Assembly (NCBI RefSeq): GCF_046119375.1
Contig: NW_027362768.1
Span: 144,646,001 to 144,710,000, forward strand
DNA length: 64,000 bases
From: Phyllobates terribilis
Lineage: Eukaryota
Reading direction: 5' to 3'
In this document: positions 47,612-59,867 of the stretch, one piece after another
Layout: each line of letters begins with the position of its first letter
How positions within the stretch are numbered: the stretch's first letter is position 1
Position numbers and translations under genes: made by a program
Notes under the pieces: model-generated
What the model was told of the DNA's origin: nothing
Database searches by the model: none
The model's input: only the letters and a program-made list of their open reading frames with translations

Positions 47612-49131
47612 TCAAGTGGAAGAAGAGGTACAGAACAAAAGACCTCTACCTTTTGGTTTACGGTCTTCCCATTTATCCTGGTCTCTCTGTGGCCTTTTAC
47701 GTACAAATCTTCTCCTGCGAAAAGACCGCTTATAGGCCGGCATGGACAGGCTAGGGAAACCTTTCTTCCAGTCGCTTGCTTTGTCTAGGATTTCATCCAG
47801 GACTGGACCGAAGAGGTGTTCCCCTTCGCAAGGTATAGCAGAGTCTAGTTCTAGCCTGGATGTCACCCAGCCAACACTTGAGCCACAGAGCCCTCCTGTC
47901 TGCATTAGAAATGGCGGCCGATCTAGCAGCTAACTTAACCGAGTCCGCGGAAGCATCCACTAGAAAGGCTGCTGCCCCCTGCATGAGTGACTAGACAAGA
48001 TCTCTTTCCTGGATGTGTAGTTTTCTAAGTGCGATTCCAGCTGATCTAGCCATATTATCAAAGACCTAGCTGTGCAAGTTGCAGCAATTGCCGGTTTTAA
48101 AGCCCCAGCGGTTGTCTCCCAGGTGCCTTTGAGAAACACATCCGCTTTTCTGTCCAGAGGATCTTTAAGGGCCCCCATATCATCAAAGGGGACAGATGAC
48201 TTTTTAGAAGCTTTAGTTATGGCAGCGTCTAGTTTGGGAGCCTTCTCCCAGGAGGAGGAGGCCGAGTCCTCAAAGGGGTACTTTCTTTTAAAGAATGGGG
48301 GGAGAGAACCCTTTCTTTCCGGCTTTTGCCACTCTCTATGGATTAGACCCTGAAGTTTATCATTAAACGGGAAACATTTTCTCTTCCTCTGCCCCAGTCC
48401 TCTGAACATGACGTCTTGGACTGACTTCTCTGGTCTGAGGTCCGTAATGCCCATGGTTGAGCGGACCACTTTAACCAACCCGTCAACTTCATTTAATGGA
48501 AAGCAGTGCTGGCCTGAACCACTATCCGAAGATGAGGAAGATGAAGAAGTTGAATCGTCAGAGTCCACCTCCTCGACTGATGATAGGGAATAATCAGGAG
48601 TTGGGGAGACCTCATGGTTAGCTTCCTTCCTCTTAGACTTTTTAGAGAGGAGTTTGCTCACCTCTGATTTAACTAGGGTTTTTAAGCCTGAGGCGAAACT
48701 AGGGGTCTCATCCGCCAAGGTTTGGTTTATGCAGGACTGGCACAGTCTTTTGGAATATGAGTCCGCCAATAGGGGCTCGCATAACGCACATTGCTTGTGT
48801 TTGGCTTTGGAGGTACACTTCTTCCCCTAAACGGATAAGAAGAAGGGACACCTTATTACCTAAGTGAATTTTCTCGAAGATCACTTACCAAGAGCTCAAA
48901 TAGCCGGTACCGGTTTAGCTGGAGGACCTTTCTCAGCCGGGGGATCGTCCCTAGGGGCTGCAGATTCGTCCGTTTTGTTAGAGTCACGATGGCTGGACCG
49001 GGTTCGTCTACCTGCAGTCTGAGAATTGCTGGTGACTCGAGGGGTCGTGTCTCCTGGGGCTCCCCAGGTGACCACTAAGATGGAGAAAGCGGTGGCCGTT
49101 GGATTTGCTGCTGCTCGTCTTCAGAATCCAT
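47612..49131 (-). pseudogene. DIRS gag-like ORF1, apparently two exons
   Basis: CALC...CQSC Cys cluster and PKLDAAI..LKDPLDRK region; frame opens exactly at the acceptor AG 48828-48827. Confidence 0.75.
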
Positions 49132-50507
49132 TAACAATAGAGTTTTGAAGTAGCTGGGAAGCCTAGAGCAGCGATATCTGGACGCTTAAATAGGCGCGTC
49201 TACTTCCCTTTAATTTCCCCTCTTTTTTTTTTATTACATTGCCATCTGCTGGTTGGAGGGGAGAATGCAGCGCTCACGCGGTGTTTGCATGCATGTGGAC
49301 CGATCTTCCTGTCTGGTCACATGACTGCCCGGCCTCAGGCCCCGCCCCCGTAAAAGACCGGAAGCATGTGGCGCCGCCGCATTCTGCGGCGCTGGTCATA
49401 GAGGCGCCGCTCCTGTAATCGGCACTTTCTCCCTCCAGCTGCCTGCTCCAGCTAGCGTTCACCTGCTGCTAGGGGCGGCCCTACCCTGGCCGGGGTGCCA
49501 CTCCCCCAGCATCCTGCACGCAGGTCTGGGGCTGCTAACCCCAGACAGGGGCGAAGCCCCCCAATGCTGTGCCCACATCAAGTTGGGGCTGCTGTCCCCA
49601 GATAGGGGCACAGCCTCAGTCATCACGATCCATCTGGCTGGAGCTGCCACCCCAGACAGGGGAGCAGCTCCCACAGCCCAGGGCACAGGATGGTACTGGA
49701 GCTGCTGATCCCAGACAGAGGCGCAGCTCGACAGCACGCTTCTTCCGGACATCTTCACAGGTAAGCCTGTCAGAGGTTTCCTTCATCAAGGACAAGAAAC
49801 CAAACTGAGGCGAGAAGAGAGGGCCGCCCCTTTTAAGCCTGTAGGTTTCCTGTCCTTGGTGGGCGGATCCCCTCTCTCGTGGTAGTCATGGTCGACCGAT
49901 AAAAAATATATATTTTTTTAAAATTTTAAAAGTTCAAATCTTCTAATTTTCTTCATCCAAAATTAAATTAAAAAATAATCATATTGACTGTTGCCATGTG
50001 TAAGTGGGATCTATCAACATATAAAATTATGTAACCCACAAGGTGAACACCATAAAAGAAAAAAAAATTGAAAATGCCAGAATTGCCAATTTCTGTCTGA
50101 CGCACCTCCCTGAACAATGATCAAAGCCTTGTATAAAGCCCAAAAATGGTAATATGCCCTTATAATGCAATGTAATGTAAATTCTGTAAAACCTGAAAAA
50201 TTACCGGCCAAACAGATCTGTAATTACCATTATACATATATAATATTCCCATCGGAAGAGCAAATTCCTTTGTTTTGGTTTTTTTTAGGCAAAAATCCCA
50301 ATGCAAAATGAAGCTCAATGAGAAAAAAAAGAGTCTTTGAAAACATAAATCTGAAAATCCAAGAATCTGAATACAGTCCAGACAATGGACCTTGTCCAAT
50401 CGCTATTTCATAGATGGACTTTTTTTTTGGTTACTGGTCACTTACAGCATCATATCCTCAGTTCTGGGTACAATATTTTCCTTCTTTATGTTCGATGCCC
50501 AAATTTG

Positions 50508-50711
50508 TTAAAATGAGAAAATCGATGTGATGTCATTCTGTAGAAGCTTCATCATTTCAGTCATGTCCTCTGTGAACGATGCTGAACCACAGATGAGGGT
50601 ATACGGTCTCCTCCTGCAGGTCTCCAACACTTGTGCCAAGAACTCAGAGTCTATTCGTCCGAGCTTCAAGTTTTCCCTATAACTCATGGGCAGATTGTCT
50701 AAGGATTGTTC
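50508..50711 (-). CDS. CYB5RL: CYB5RL coding exon 6 (last): EQSLDNLPMSY...ICGSASF...IFSF*
   Basis: ttttttgtcacag acceptor, phase 0, TAA at 50510-50508; matches the CYB5RL C-terminus (CGS motif). Confidence 0.92.
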   Translation of the reverse strand, partial: EQSLDNLPMSYRENLKLGRIDSEFLAQVLETCRRRPYTLICGSASFTEDMTEMMKLLQNDITSIFSF

Positions 50712-51968
50712 CTGTGACAAAAAAATGGAGTAAATTAAGCAGTGATTAGGAGGAAGCGCCTGTATACAGCAGCAAACAAAAGGATTCACCCCCTCAATGC
50801 AAAATCGGTTTATTTGTAAAATGTACAAACTTTCTGCTGTTTGCAATAAACCAATCATACAAGAACAATGTACAGTATATAGCTGAACACAACTAATATA
50901 ACAAATGGTTTCTCCAAATTCTACACAAAATGCCACTTTTCCTGACTACTGCAGCCTCACAATACGCAAAGCCAGACACCAGCTCCTGGCAGCGTTCCTG
51001 AGAGATCTTAGCTCATTCCTCATGGGCAATGGCCTCCAAGTCTCCAATATTCTAGTACTTTTTGGCAGCAGCCCATCAAATATTTTCTATGGGTATAACT
51101 GAGACAACTGTGATTGTTACTTCAGAATCTTTCATGATTTTTTCACAAAACAAGCCTTGGTGGACTTTTGAGTTATGCTTGGGATCCATGCTCTTGGGTA
51201 GCGTTCACACAGCCTATGCAGTTTGGTCCAAATATGTGCAGTTTTATTGCCTTCATAAAACTCCAAGGGATTCATAACCAAAAACAGCCTCTTCTGGGTA
51301 CAAAGGTATAACGGAAAATAAACAGTTCATTCAGTAAGCACATATATATGTCAGTGCGGGCTCACCAGGACAGATTACAGTCCTTTCTCCCGGAGTAAAA
51401 CTTTACACAAAGAAGGGGCACATCCCACCAGTCTCAGTATCCCCTTCAGCCTGAGCTCCAGCAGCTTCCAAAGCAAAACAGAAGTGTTCAACTCCATTCA
51501 CAGTTCACACTGAACAAGCTGCAGCTTCCACACATTATTGTGCAGATCCAACACACAGACTGCTCAGCTTTCCTAGCTGAACAGTGCAGTCTCCATTGTC
51601 TCTCTCCCAGCTTCAGCTTACATTTTGGCTGGTCACTCACCAGCTTCAACAAACTCCACAACATCCAGCAGGCTGACACAGGGTGAACCCATTTCCTAGT
51701 TCTTAGTCAAAGATAGCCAAGTGCATCTAATAAAGACCTGCTATGCTAGGATTTAACCCTGTCCTACCTGGCTTTGCTACAACTGGTAGAAGGTTGAATG
51801 ACGCCCAAAGTTTAGCTTCCATGCAAAAGAGGCATGATAATTTCTCCCAGGATTTCCTGATACTTGATTGAATCCATCTTACCTTACACGTGCTGCAGGT
51901 TTCTATTGCAAGAAGAAGAAAATCAGCCCCAGGGCATCACCGAGCCACTGCTACGATTTACTGTAGGC

Positions 51969-52349
51969 ATCACCGAGATACCAATGGAGAAAAAAAGAAA
52001 AGCTGCACTCATCGTACCATTAAAATAAATAATCCTTTATTTCATATCCATATAAAAATAATGATGTGCAGGGAGGAGGACGACGGACGACAGCTGTTTC
52101 GCGCTGAATCAAGCACTTCCCCAGGTCCAGGTCATTTATATGGATATGAAATAAATGATTATTTCTTTTAATGGTACGGTGAGTGCAGATTTTCTTTTTT
52201 TCTCCATTGTTATGCTGTCTTCTATTTTTCAAAGCATTGCACCACAATTACCATATTTGCAGATTTGTGCCTAAATTAAGGGTTGTGTGTTCCTCCTGCT
52301 ATATAGGTGGTGCAGGTATTCTTTCACTTGTTGGATCACCGAGATACCA
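51969..52349. mobile_element. Short Penelope-like foldback insertion with 15-bp direct repeat ATCACCGAGATACCA (CYB5RL intron 5)
   Basis: Inverted arms 51982-52056 / 52135-52209 around a hammerhead-like core; inserted in a Tc1 remnant. Confidence 0.6.
52085..52128 (-). ncRNA. Hammerhead-like motif with one core substitution
   Basis: GGAC-CUGGGGA-A-GUGC/GCGC-GAAAC-AGCU-GUC-GUCC; A6 is G. Confidence 0.5.
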
Positions 52350-53339
52350 CCATGCTTCACTGTAGGCATCATTGAGCTGTCATCACACTTCACTTTCAGC
52401 AGGGTGTACTATTCAGAGTATGATTCATTCTTCCAAGGCCAAAAAGTTCCAGTTTTATTTTATCACTCCATGGAGCAGAATCCCAAAACTTCTGTAGCTT
52501 ATAGATAAGATTGTGAGCATACTGTTCTTGTGCTTATGGGTCAAAATTGGTGGTGTCTCGGAGTCCAGGCATGGAGACCTTCAGTGTTTAGTACATGCAT
52601 TAATGTTAAAACCCAAACCTCAGTGCCCACTGCCACCAATTCTTGCTGCAGGTCTTTTGCAGTCATTCGGGGGGGATTTCTGACCACCGGACTCCTCAGG
52701 AATCTGGTGGCAGCAGGTGACGGCTTCTTTTTTCTTTCTATTTTATTTTATAACAATGAACAAGTAGAACATGCACAAAAAATCAAGTAAAGCGTTTGTA
52801 ATTTTTGTGGCAATGAATAAATGAGAACATGACCTTCCTAATGGTGAAACGACAAATAATGCAATATATCACAGAGAAAAAACATGTCCCAATAGAATAG
52901 GAGTCATAATTCAAGTATATAAAGGACTGGCACTGAACACCTCAACTGTGGCGGATCAGACCCAGATATTTATTGTGCCCGTTCATACCATTATCCACAC
53001 AATCGCACACAACACACAAGCATTCACACACTCCTCTGCTCCTAAACTCAAAAAAGTAGTATTGGAAGTAGGCGAATCAACAACAATAAAGTATCACTGG
53101 TGACGATACCTCGGAGTTAAAAGTAGGCTCCATCTCCAGCCAAAATTACCAGATTTGATCAAATTAATGGGGGACATTATAGGGACATATAAGGTATTTT
53201 ACAAAGTGGGACATATTTATTGACTAAATTGATCCAGTGGGATTATGGCGGTGGACCTGTCGATTTTCATGCAATATAACCACTAAGTATATGAAAAAAA
53301 AAGCCTTTTATACGAGCCCTGGACATTATCGTTCAAGAT

Positions 53340-53720
53340 GCCTAAGAAGACATACTTGTGGAAAGAAATCAAAGTGAAGGGGCATAAAGTGGACTATTTC
53401 CGACTTTAAAGGAGTAGAATTAAGGCAGGACCAAACATTATGGATGAAAATCCCTGACGCTGCTCTACAGACAGAAGGTTTTGCACAAGTCTACATCCAA
53501 TGAAGATCTGTGGTCAGTTCTACAAGATGTTTGGAACAACCTTCCTGCCGAGTTTCTTCAAGAAGTTTATGCATGTATACCTAGGAGAACAGATGAAGGC
53601 AAAAAGAGGTCATCAAATATTAATTAGTTTTCTCTTTTGTTCATTCACTTTGCATTTTGTTCATTGACAAAAATAAACTATTATCACTTCTGTTTGAAAG
53701 TGGTTTACTCTGCCACTTTT
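53340..53720 (+). mobile_element. Degenerate Tc1 3' remnant
   Basis: EDLWSVLQDVWNNLPAEFLQ...PRR. Confidence 0.5.
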
Positions 53721-55061
53721 AGACAGATGTGGAAAAATTGCTGCACATATCAAGAGCCTAGCCAAATCAGTAGATCTCAATAATGTCTATATTTTAGATT
53801 ATCACATTATAGCCCTTGCCAGTCCAGGTATTTGATGTGTTTTATCTCAATCACACCTGATGCAGCTAATGAAGCCCTTGGATATTACACCAGGTTGCTC
53901 AAGGCCACATCGGATTTTCCAACGTTTGCACTTTATGGGGGATTCCATTCAAGGGTTGAGTATTTCCGAGACTCCAGTAGTCAGTAAAATTGGCATTTTG
54001 TGCCGAATTTGTAGAAACCATCTTTTACAGCAGTTGTGTTGAGCATTATGCAATTTTCTTGTTTCACTGGTTTATTGCAAACAGTAGTTTGCTAATAAAC
54101 CTAATTTTCAACGGAGGTTGAAAATTTTTTATTGCTTCTGTAGGTCCGTATAGAAACGGTATACACATCACATGCTCACATCTGCGCCCGAGGCTGTTTT
54201 TGGATGAAAAAAAATATACTGCATGCATCAACATAACAGTTACTTTGGTAAAACCCTCCAGACCACCACATTATAGGTCAATGGGGTCCGTCTGCCACTG
54301 CGGTTGTCCAGCGTGCAACGGATTAGACACCGCGTCATTTTTTGTGCTCAGATGTTAACAGAAACTTAAAAAGTAACTAAATGCTTGTGCAAAACAATTA
54401 AATGTTTTTGTCTCTTCTATTGCCTGTAGATTGGTGAGGAACTGGACTTGAGACCCCATCGATCACTCAAAAGACCAAAAAAGTGTGCAGCTCAGGAGAC
54501 AAGCGTTCACAGCTCGTGCCCGATCATCGACTTTCTATTGAATCTGTACTCGGTTGTGTGCATGATCAGGAAGGATCTGCACACTTCTCAGTGGTCTTTT
54601 GAGCAGTCAGTGGGGGTCCCAGGACCAGGACCACCACCGTTCTGCAGGCAAAAGAGGGGAAAATAAATAAATAAAATGTTTAACTATTTGCTACCTGCCC
54701 CGAAGAAATACCTTGGTTCTGCTTACCTGTTATAGGACCAGTTAGCACGGGGAATAAAGCCTTTAGTTTTTGACAGGTCAGGCCAAGAGGAGGCCAACTG
54801 CAGCCAAAAACTGAATTCTGACTTTTGCAAGACATTAATTTCATTCTGACTCTGTCTCCTATTGCAAAACTGATGAGATTCACAATGAAACAGGTTTAAT
54901 CAATTTCTTATTGCAACACACACTATATGTCACTGCGGAAACATGTATGACCAATATGTAGACGACGTTACACAAGTCCGAGTCTTACCAGCAAGGCTCA
55001 ATGACTCCTACAAACCACAAAGGTGATTCACGTTTTATGAGATGAGTGACCACGTACTTAC

Positions 55062-55265
55062 TTGGCTGAGGACATAGAATATCCTTACGTTCCAGTATCT
55101 TGACTGCTCCCTCAGAAAGTTCTTCATATAAATATTTTGGAAATTTCGAGCACAGACCACCAGCGTTATGAAGGTCTCGTCATCTTCAGTGTCGGTCACA
55201 TGGGTCAAGATTGGGAGCATCGGGGCTATTCCTGTTCCTGAACACAGCATGATCAGCTCCCCAAA
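55062..55265 (-). CDS. CYB5RL: CYB5RL coding exon 5: FGELIMLCSGTGIAPM...FYVLSQ
   Basis: tctttccctag acceptor, CAA|GTAAGT donor; NAD-binding GTGIAP motif. Confidence 0.95.
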
Positions 55266-55843
55266 CTAGGGAAAGACAAGTGAGACAAGAACTTGGGAAC
55301 CTACATGGAACCTGATTGAGACATTGTAATCTTAAGGCCACCATGCACATGGTGAAAGATGAACGTCGGGCAAACAAGTCGATTTTGGTGGCACCTGCTG
55401 ATCATCTGATGTGTATGGGGGTCTCAAAACTCTTCCGTGCCAGATGTCAACGAGGGATATAATGATCCGGGAGTTGAAATTTCAAGCCTCTGATAGAGAT
55501 GTCCAGTGGCCTTTCTCCTCACCCCCCAATCCTGCCCAAGCATTGAACATTTTGCGAGAACTGGGAGAAACTGGCGTGAAAACTCCAATAGTTGCAACAG
55601 TTTTGCACAATATTTTTTGAAACTTTTCAAAGCAATTTACACCAAAATTTCTTTAATAAATTTTCTCTGAAATGGCACAGAATTTCAGAGAAAGACATAC
55701 CCATCAGCACTCATGCAGCGAGGCTCTGATTCATGCAGCCCGTGGCTTGGGCAGCATGAATGGAGTGACAGGTACCCTTTTAATAGAGACTATTTACAAA
55801 TTTTTTTGGAGCAAGAAAAGGGTATATAGCCTTTAGTACTGAC

Positions 55844-55948
55844 CTTGTTTGGCTTGTATAAGAAACCTCCAAATGGTCCCCTCCATGCTATAGAGTCTCC
55901 CGGCCTCCAGCACTTTATGTACTGTGACATCAAGCCGTGCTCGTAAAC
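55844..55948 (-). CDS. CYB5RL: CYB5RL coding exon 4: VYEHGLMSQYIKCWRPGDSIAWRGPFGGFLYKPNK
   Basis: ttgttccag acceptor, AAG|GTCAGT donor, 105 nt; G.MS and RGP.G motifs. Not in the ORF track. Confidence 0.93.
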
Positions 55949-56124
55949 CTGGAACAAGGTCTTTACATTATCATAGGAAATGCCCCATTTGCATCATATA
56001 TAGTTTAGTATTATCTTATATATTTACCAAGAAGGAGCAGACTGTATATTATTACATATACAGGTTCCCAGGACAGCCATGACAATCACTGCTTAGGAAC
56101 TTGGAACTCTCACTAGGCTCTTAA

Positions 56125-56431
56125 AGGGATTGTCCACTACATAACAATCCTTGCTTAATCAATTAAGGCTCCCATAGAAAATAAAAAGTATGAATTCTCA
56201 TCTCTGCAGTAGTGCCATTCCAGTAATACTGATGCAGTTGACAAGACATAATTTTATCACGTGACCACTGCATTCAGTCGGCGGCCGCTGATCGGCGGCA
56301 GCTCATCAATATTCAGTTAGAGCGGTCGTGTGTCATGCAACTGGAAGTCCCAGAAGTTGGACACTCAGTGATCAGAGAGTTAATCACTATCTTACAGAGA
56401 GGAAGCAACTTCCAAACTTTGCACAACCCCT
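56125..56431. mobile_element. T2-type MITE about 25 nt from the exon 3 donor
   Basis: TTAA-AGGGATTGTCC...GCACAACCCCT-TTAA. Confidence 0.65.
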
Positions 56432-56456
56432 TTAATTCATATAAAAGTTTCTGTAC

Positions 56457-56544
56457 CTTTATTAAAACTTTAAAAAAGCCCTGTACATCCACAGAACTGA
56501 TGGGGGTGTACGCTCTTTGGATCTCCATTCCATTTACAACACCT
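56457..56544 (-). CDS. CYB5RL: CYB5RL coding exon 3: (R)GVVNGMEIQRAYTPISSVDVQGFFKVLIK
   Basis: ttttttctttcgcag acceptor, AAG|GTACAG donor; FAD-binding RxYTP motif. Confidence 0.95.
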
Positions 56545-56637
56545 CTGCGAAAGAAAAAATAATTTTTAGAAAGGACTTTGGCTGTCATTGTGCCCAGTGC
56601 GAAGATTATGGCGTTGTACTGCTACTTATTGTTCGTT

Positions 56638-56677
56638 ACTCCCTGACGAAGTTTAACGTCGAAACACGCGTCGGGGA
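56638..56677 (+). ncRNA. Degenerate minimal hammerhead-like motif
   Basis: CUCC-CUGACGA-A-G..C-GAAAC-ACGC-GUC-GGGG; stem II nearly absent. Confidence 0.3.
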
Positions 56678-56694
56678 GGGCACCACGTTGCTCA

Positions 56695-58110
56695 GAGCAC
56701 ACTCTTGCCATTCTCTTGATGAGCTTCAAGAGGTAGTCACCGGAAATGGTTTTCACTTCACAGGTGTGCCCTGTCAGGTTTAATAAGTGGGATTTCTTGC
56801 CTTATAAATGGGGTTGGGACCATCAGTTGTATTGTGCAGAAGTCAGGTGGATACACAGCTGATAGTCCTACTGAATAGACTGTTAGAATTTGTATTATGG
56901 CAAGAAAAAAAGCAGCTAAGTAAAGAAAAATGAGTGGCCATCATTACTTTAAAAAATGAAGGTCAGTCAGTCCGAAAAATTGGGCAAACTTTGAATGTGT
57001 CCCCAAATGCAGTTGCAAAAACCATCAAGCGCTACAAAGAAACTGGCTCACATGAGGACCGCCCCAGGAAAGGAAGACCAAGAGTCACCTCTGCTTCTGA
57101 GGATAAGTTTATCCAAGTCACCAGCCTCAGAAATCGCAGGTTAACAGCAGCTCAGATTAGAGACCAGGTCAATGCCACACAGAGTTCTAGCAGCAGACAC
57201 ATCTCTACAACAACTGTTAAGAGGAGACATTGTGCAGCAGGCCTTCATGGTAAAATAGCTGCTAGGAAACCACTGCTAAGGACAGGCAACAAGCAGAAGA
57301 GACTTATTTGGGCTAAAGAACACAAGGAATGGACATTAGACCAGTGGAAATCTGTGCTTTGGTCTGATGAGTCCAAATTTGAGATCTTTGGTTCCAACCA
57401 CCGTGTCTTTGTGCGACGCAGAAAAGGTGAACGGACGGACTCTACATGCCTGGTTCCCACCGTGAAGCATGGAGGAGGAGGTGTGATGGTGTGGGGGTGC
57501 TTTGCTGGTGACACTGTTGGGGATTTATTCAAAATTGAAGGCATACTGAACCAGCATGGCTACCACAGCATCTTGCAGCGGCATGCTATTCCATCCGGTT
57601 TGCGTTTAGATGGACCATCATTTATTTTTCAACAGGACAATGACCCCAAACACACCTCCAGGCTGTGAAAGGGCTATTTGACCAAGAAGGAGAGTGATGG
57701 GGTGCTACGCCAGATGACCTGGCCTCCACAGTCACCAGACCTGAACCCAATCGAGATGGTTTGGGGTGAGCTGGACCGCAGAGTGAAGGCAAAAGGGCCA
57801 ACAAGTGCTAAGCATCTCTGGGAACTCCTTCAAGATTGTTGGAAGACCATTTCCGGTGACTACCTCTTGAAGCTCATCAAGAGAATGCCAAGAGTGTGCA
57901 AAGCAGTCATCAAAGCAAAAGGTGGCTACTTTGAAGAACCTAGAATATAAGACATATTTTCAGTTGTTTCACACTTTTTTGTTAAGTATATAATTCCACA
58001 TGTGTTAATTCATAGTTTTGATGCCTTCAGTGTGAATGTACAATTTTCAAAGTCATGAAAATACAGAAAAATCTTTAAATGAGAAGGTGTGTCCAAACTT
58101 TTGGTCTGTA

Positions 58111-58113
<3 letters not shown>
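56695..58113 (+). mobile_element. DD38E Tc1, copy 4, left TIR truncated; ORF from 56897 with stops
   Basis: Near-complete transposase with WSDESK and QDNDPKH-(38)-E; TGA at about 57666; right TIR intact. Confidence 0.93.

Positions 58114-58170
<57 letters not shown>
58114..58170. repeat. (TA)n microsatellite at the Tc1 end
   Basis: Seen directly. Confidence 0.95.
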
Positions 58171-58175
<5 letters not shown>

Positions 58176-58822
58176 GTATAACTGCCACACTTTCTCTTAT
58201 CATGCTATGTATTGGCAAATAGCATAACCCATTTTTCTATGCAATATATTCTGGTTACAACTATCTTCGGATCCCCTGGCATTGTCTTTCTTGAATATTG
58301 TTTGCACGTGTGCCCCTGCCTTGTTGTATGTCTTTTGTTATCCCCCTAATGCTTAATAAATGTATACAATTTTTAAATTTATACTTTGAGTCTAGACTTG
58401 TTGGTCGGTTCTTATCCCTCTCGTTTACTTATTGTGCAGGTGGGGGGCGATGATCGTCGCAGGAGCGGAGAGGATTGTGATAGGGAGACCCTAAGCTGCT
58501 GCAACATGTGTCGCGAAGAGGTTCGCTACTTATCTCATTCTATTAAACGGTTTGTCTATATTAAAAGAAACTTAGATGGTTAGCGGGATGGGTCTCTTGG
58601 CATGCTTGCTGACGGTTTCCAGTTTTAAAATTAGGATGAAGGAATCAAACATTGCCTCCTTTCCTATTCAGGGACCTGAAGATTGTCTGTATGTTATCCA
58701 AAGGTGAGAATTTGTGGATCAACAGGAAGCCAACTACTTAGACCCCTCCCCCCAACAATCCCCATCCATCAGAATGGAGACAATCCATCAACAAGGAAAA
58801 TATTAGTCTGGGTATGTGATAC

Positions 58823-58971
58823 CTCAGTACAAGATGTTGTCCTAACTTCAGTCCCAAACTGGTCCCGGATGGGAGCTGAAATCTGTAGCAGCCGGTGTCC
58901 TCTGTCTCCTGCTCCACGGAGCACAGCGGGAACTCGGCAAATGTTTCTGACGTCAGCAGCACATTGCGGTT
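58823..58971 (-). CDS. CYB5RL: CYB5RL coding exon 2: NRNVLLTSETFAEF...GLKLGQHLVLR
   Basis: cctcccacag acceptor, AG|GTATCA donor, phase 0/2, compatible with exon 3. Confidence 0.93.
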
Positions 58972-59347
58972 CTGTGGGAGGATGATGGCGGGTTATCACA
59001 TGATCACCGGTCCTTATCCTTATCGTAAAGGGTAAAGATGTAAATGTAAAACCCCCATCATAATGTAATATCTACATGTGCAATATTTATTGCAGTATTC
59101 ATCCATAATTGCTCCAGCATTATTAGAATACAGAGCTGCATTCATCCTTCAGAGCTGAAATCTTCCACCAACATCTAATTTCACTCTAGAGTTTTGCATT
59201 CTGTGAAGAGTCGTCTGTACAGTAAATATTAGGAATAAAGCAAATGTCTGAATTCATAACAGAATTGTGAATGCAGCTCTGGAGTATAATATAGATTGCA
59301 ACCTCAGTACAAGAGAAGTAATGCAAAGTTAATCTGCAATGAATTAC

Positions 59348-59527
59348 CTGTACTTTGATTTTCCGTAGGAGGTCGGGGTCGTCTTTCTCCTTAGCTTTCT
59401 CCCATAATTCCAGCTCGGCCTGATAGAGATCATATATACAGGGGGAGCAGCCGCTTCCGCAGCACTGTGCAGGCGTCGGTTCCACCGGTTTGAGTGACAA
59501 CCAGTCATTTTTATCATTGTTGGTCAT
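59348..59527 (-). CDS. CYB5RL: CYB5RL coding exon 1 with oxidoreductase-like N-terminal domain
   Basis: KPVEPTPAQCCGSGCSPCIYDLY; acceptor 3 nt before the ATG, CAG|GTAATT donor. Confidence 0.93.
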
Positions 59528-59696
59528 AAGCTGTAGAGAAAAACACAGATTTTAGTGCAGAAATAGCTCCAGCGCGGCGTATCGGAAGCAAATCCATGAG
59601 AAATCTGCAGCAAATTCTGCATGTGATTTTATTACAGTTCTGCAAGTCTTACACTTTCTATTGCTAAAAATTAAATGCACAGTATAAAATCTGCAG

Positions 59697-59867
59697 GAGT
59701 GGAGACAGTCAGAAGAGGCCCCTGTGCAAGAACAATATATGGGCCTTTGCAGTCCAAGAGCTCATCATAATGTGCAATTCCACCTGTTTTGGAGGTAGAA
59801 GTGGTCCCCTTATCTCTTGGGTCCCTGTGCGGCTACATAGTTTGCACCAATAGTATGTCTACCACTG
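59697..59867. mobile_element. hAT-type MITE (31681 family), diverged
   Basis: gtggagacagtcagaagaggccc...gcaccaatagtatgtctaccactg. Confidence 0.55.

Larger units (their letters stand above)
44333..49903 (-). mobile_element. Full-length DIRS1-type retrotransposon with ITRs and internal complementary region
   Basis: ITRs about 44367-44458 / 49801-49890; ICR 44600-44683 complementary to both termini; gag, RT, RNase H, MT and YR in order. Confidence 0.93.

Noticed and set aside
53020-53330. Possible L1 RT remnant on the minus strand
   Set aside because: Similarity too weak to support by eye.
58036-58227. ORF with poly-(IY)
   Set aside because: Translation of the (TA)n tract and the Tc1 TIR.
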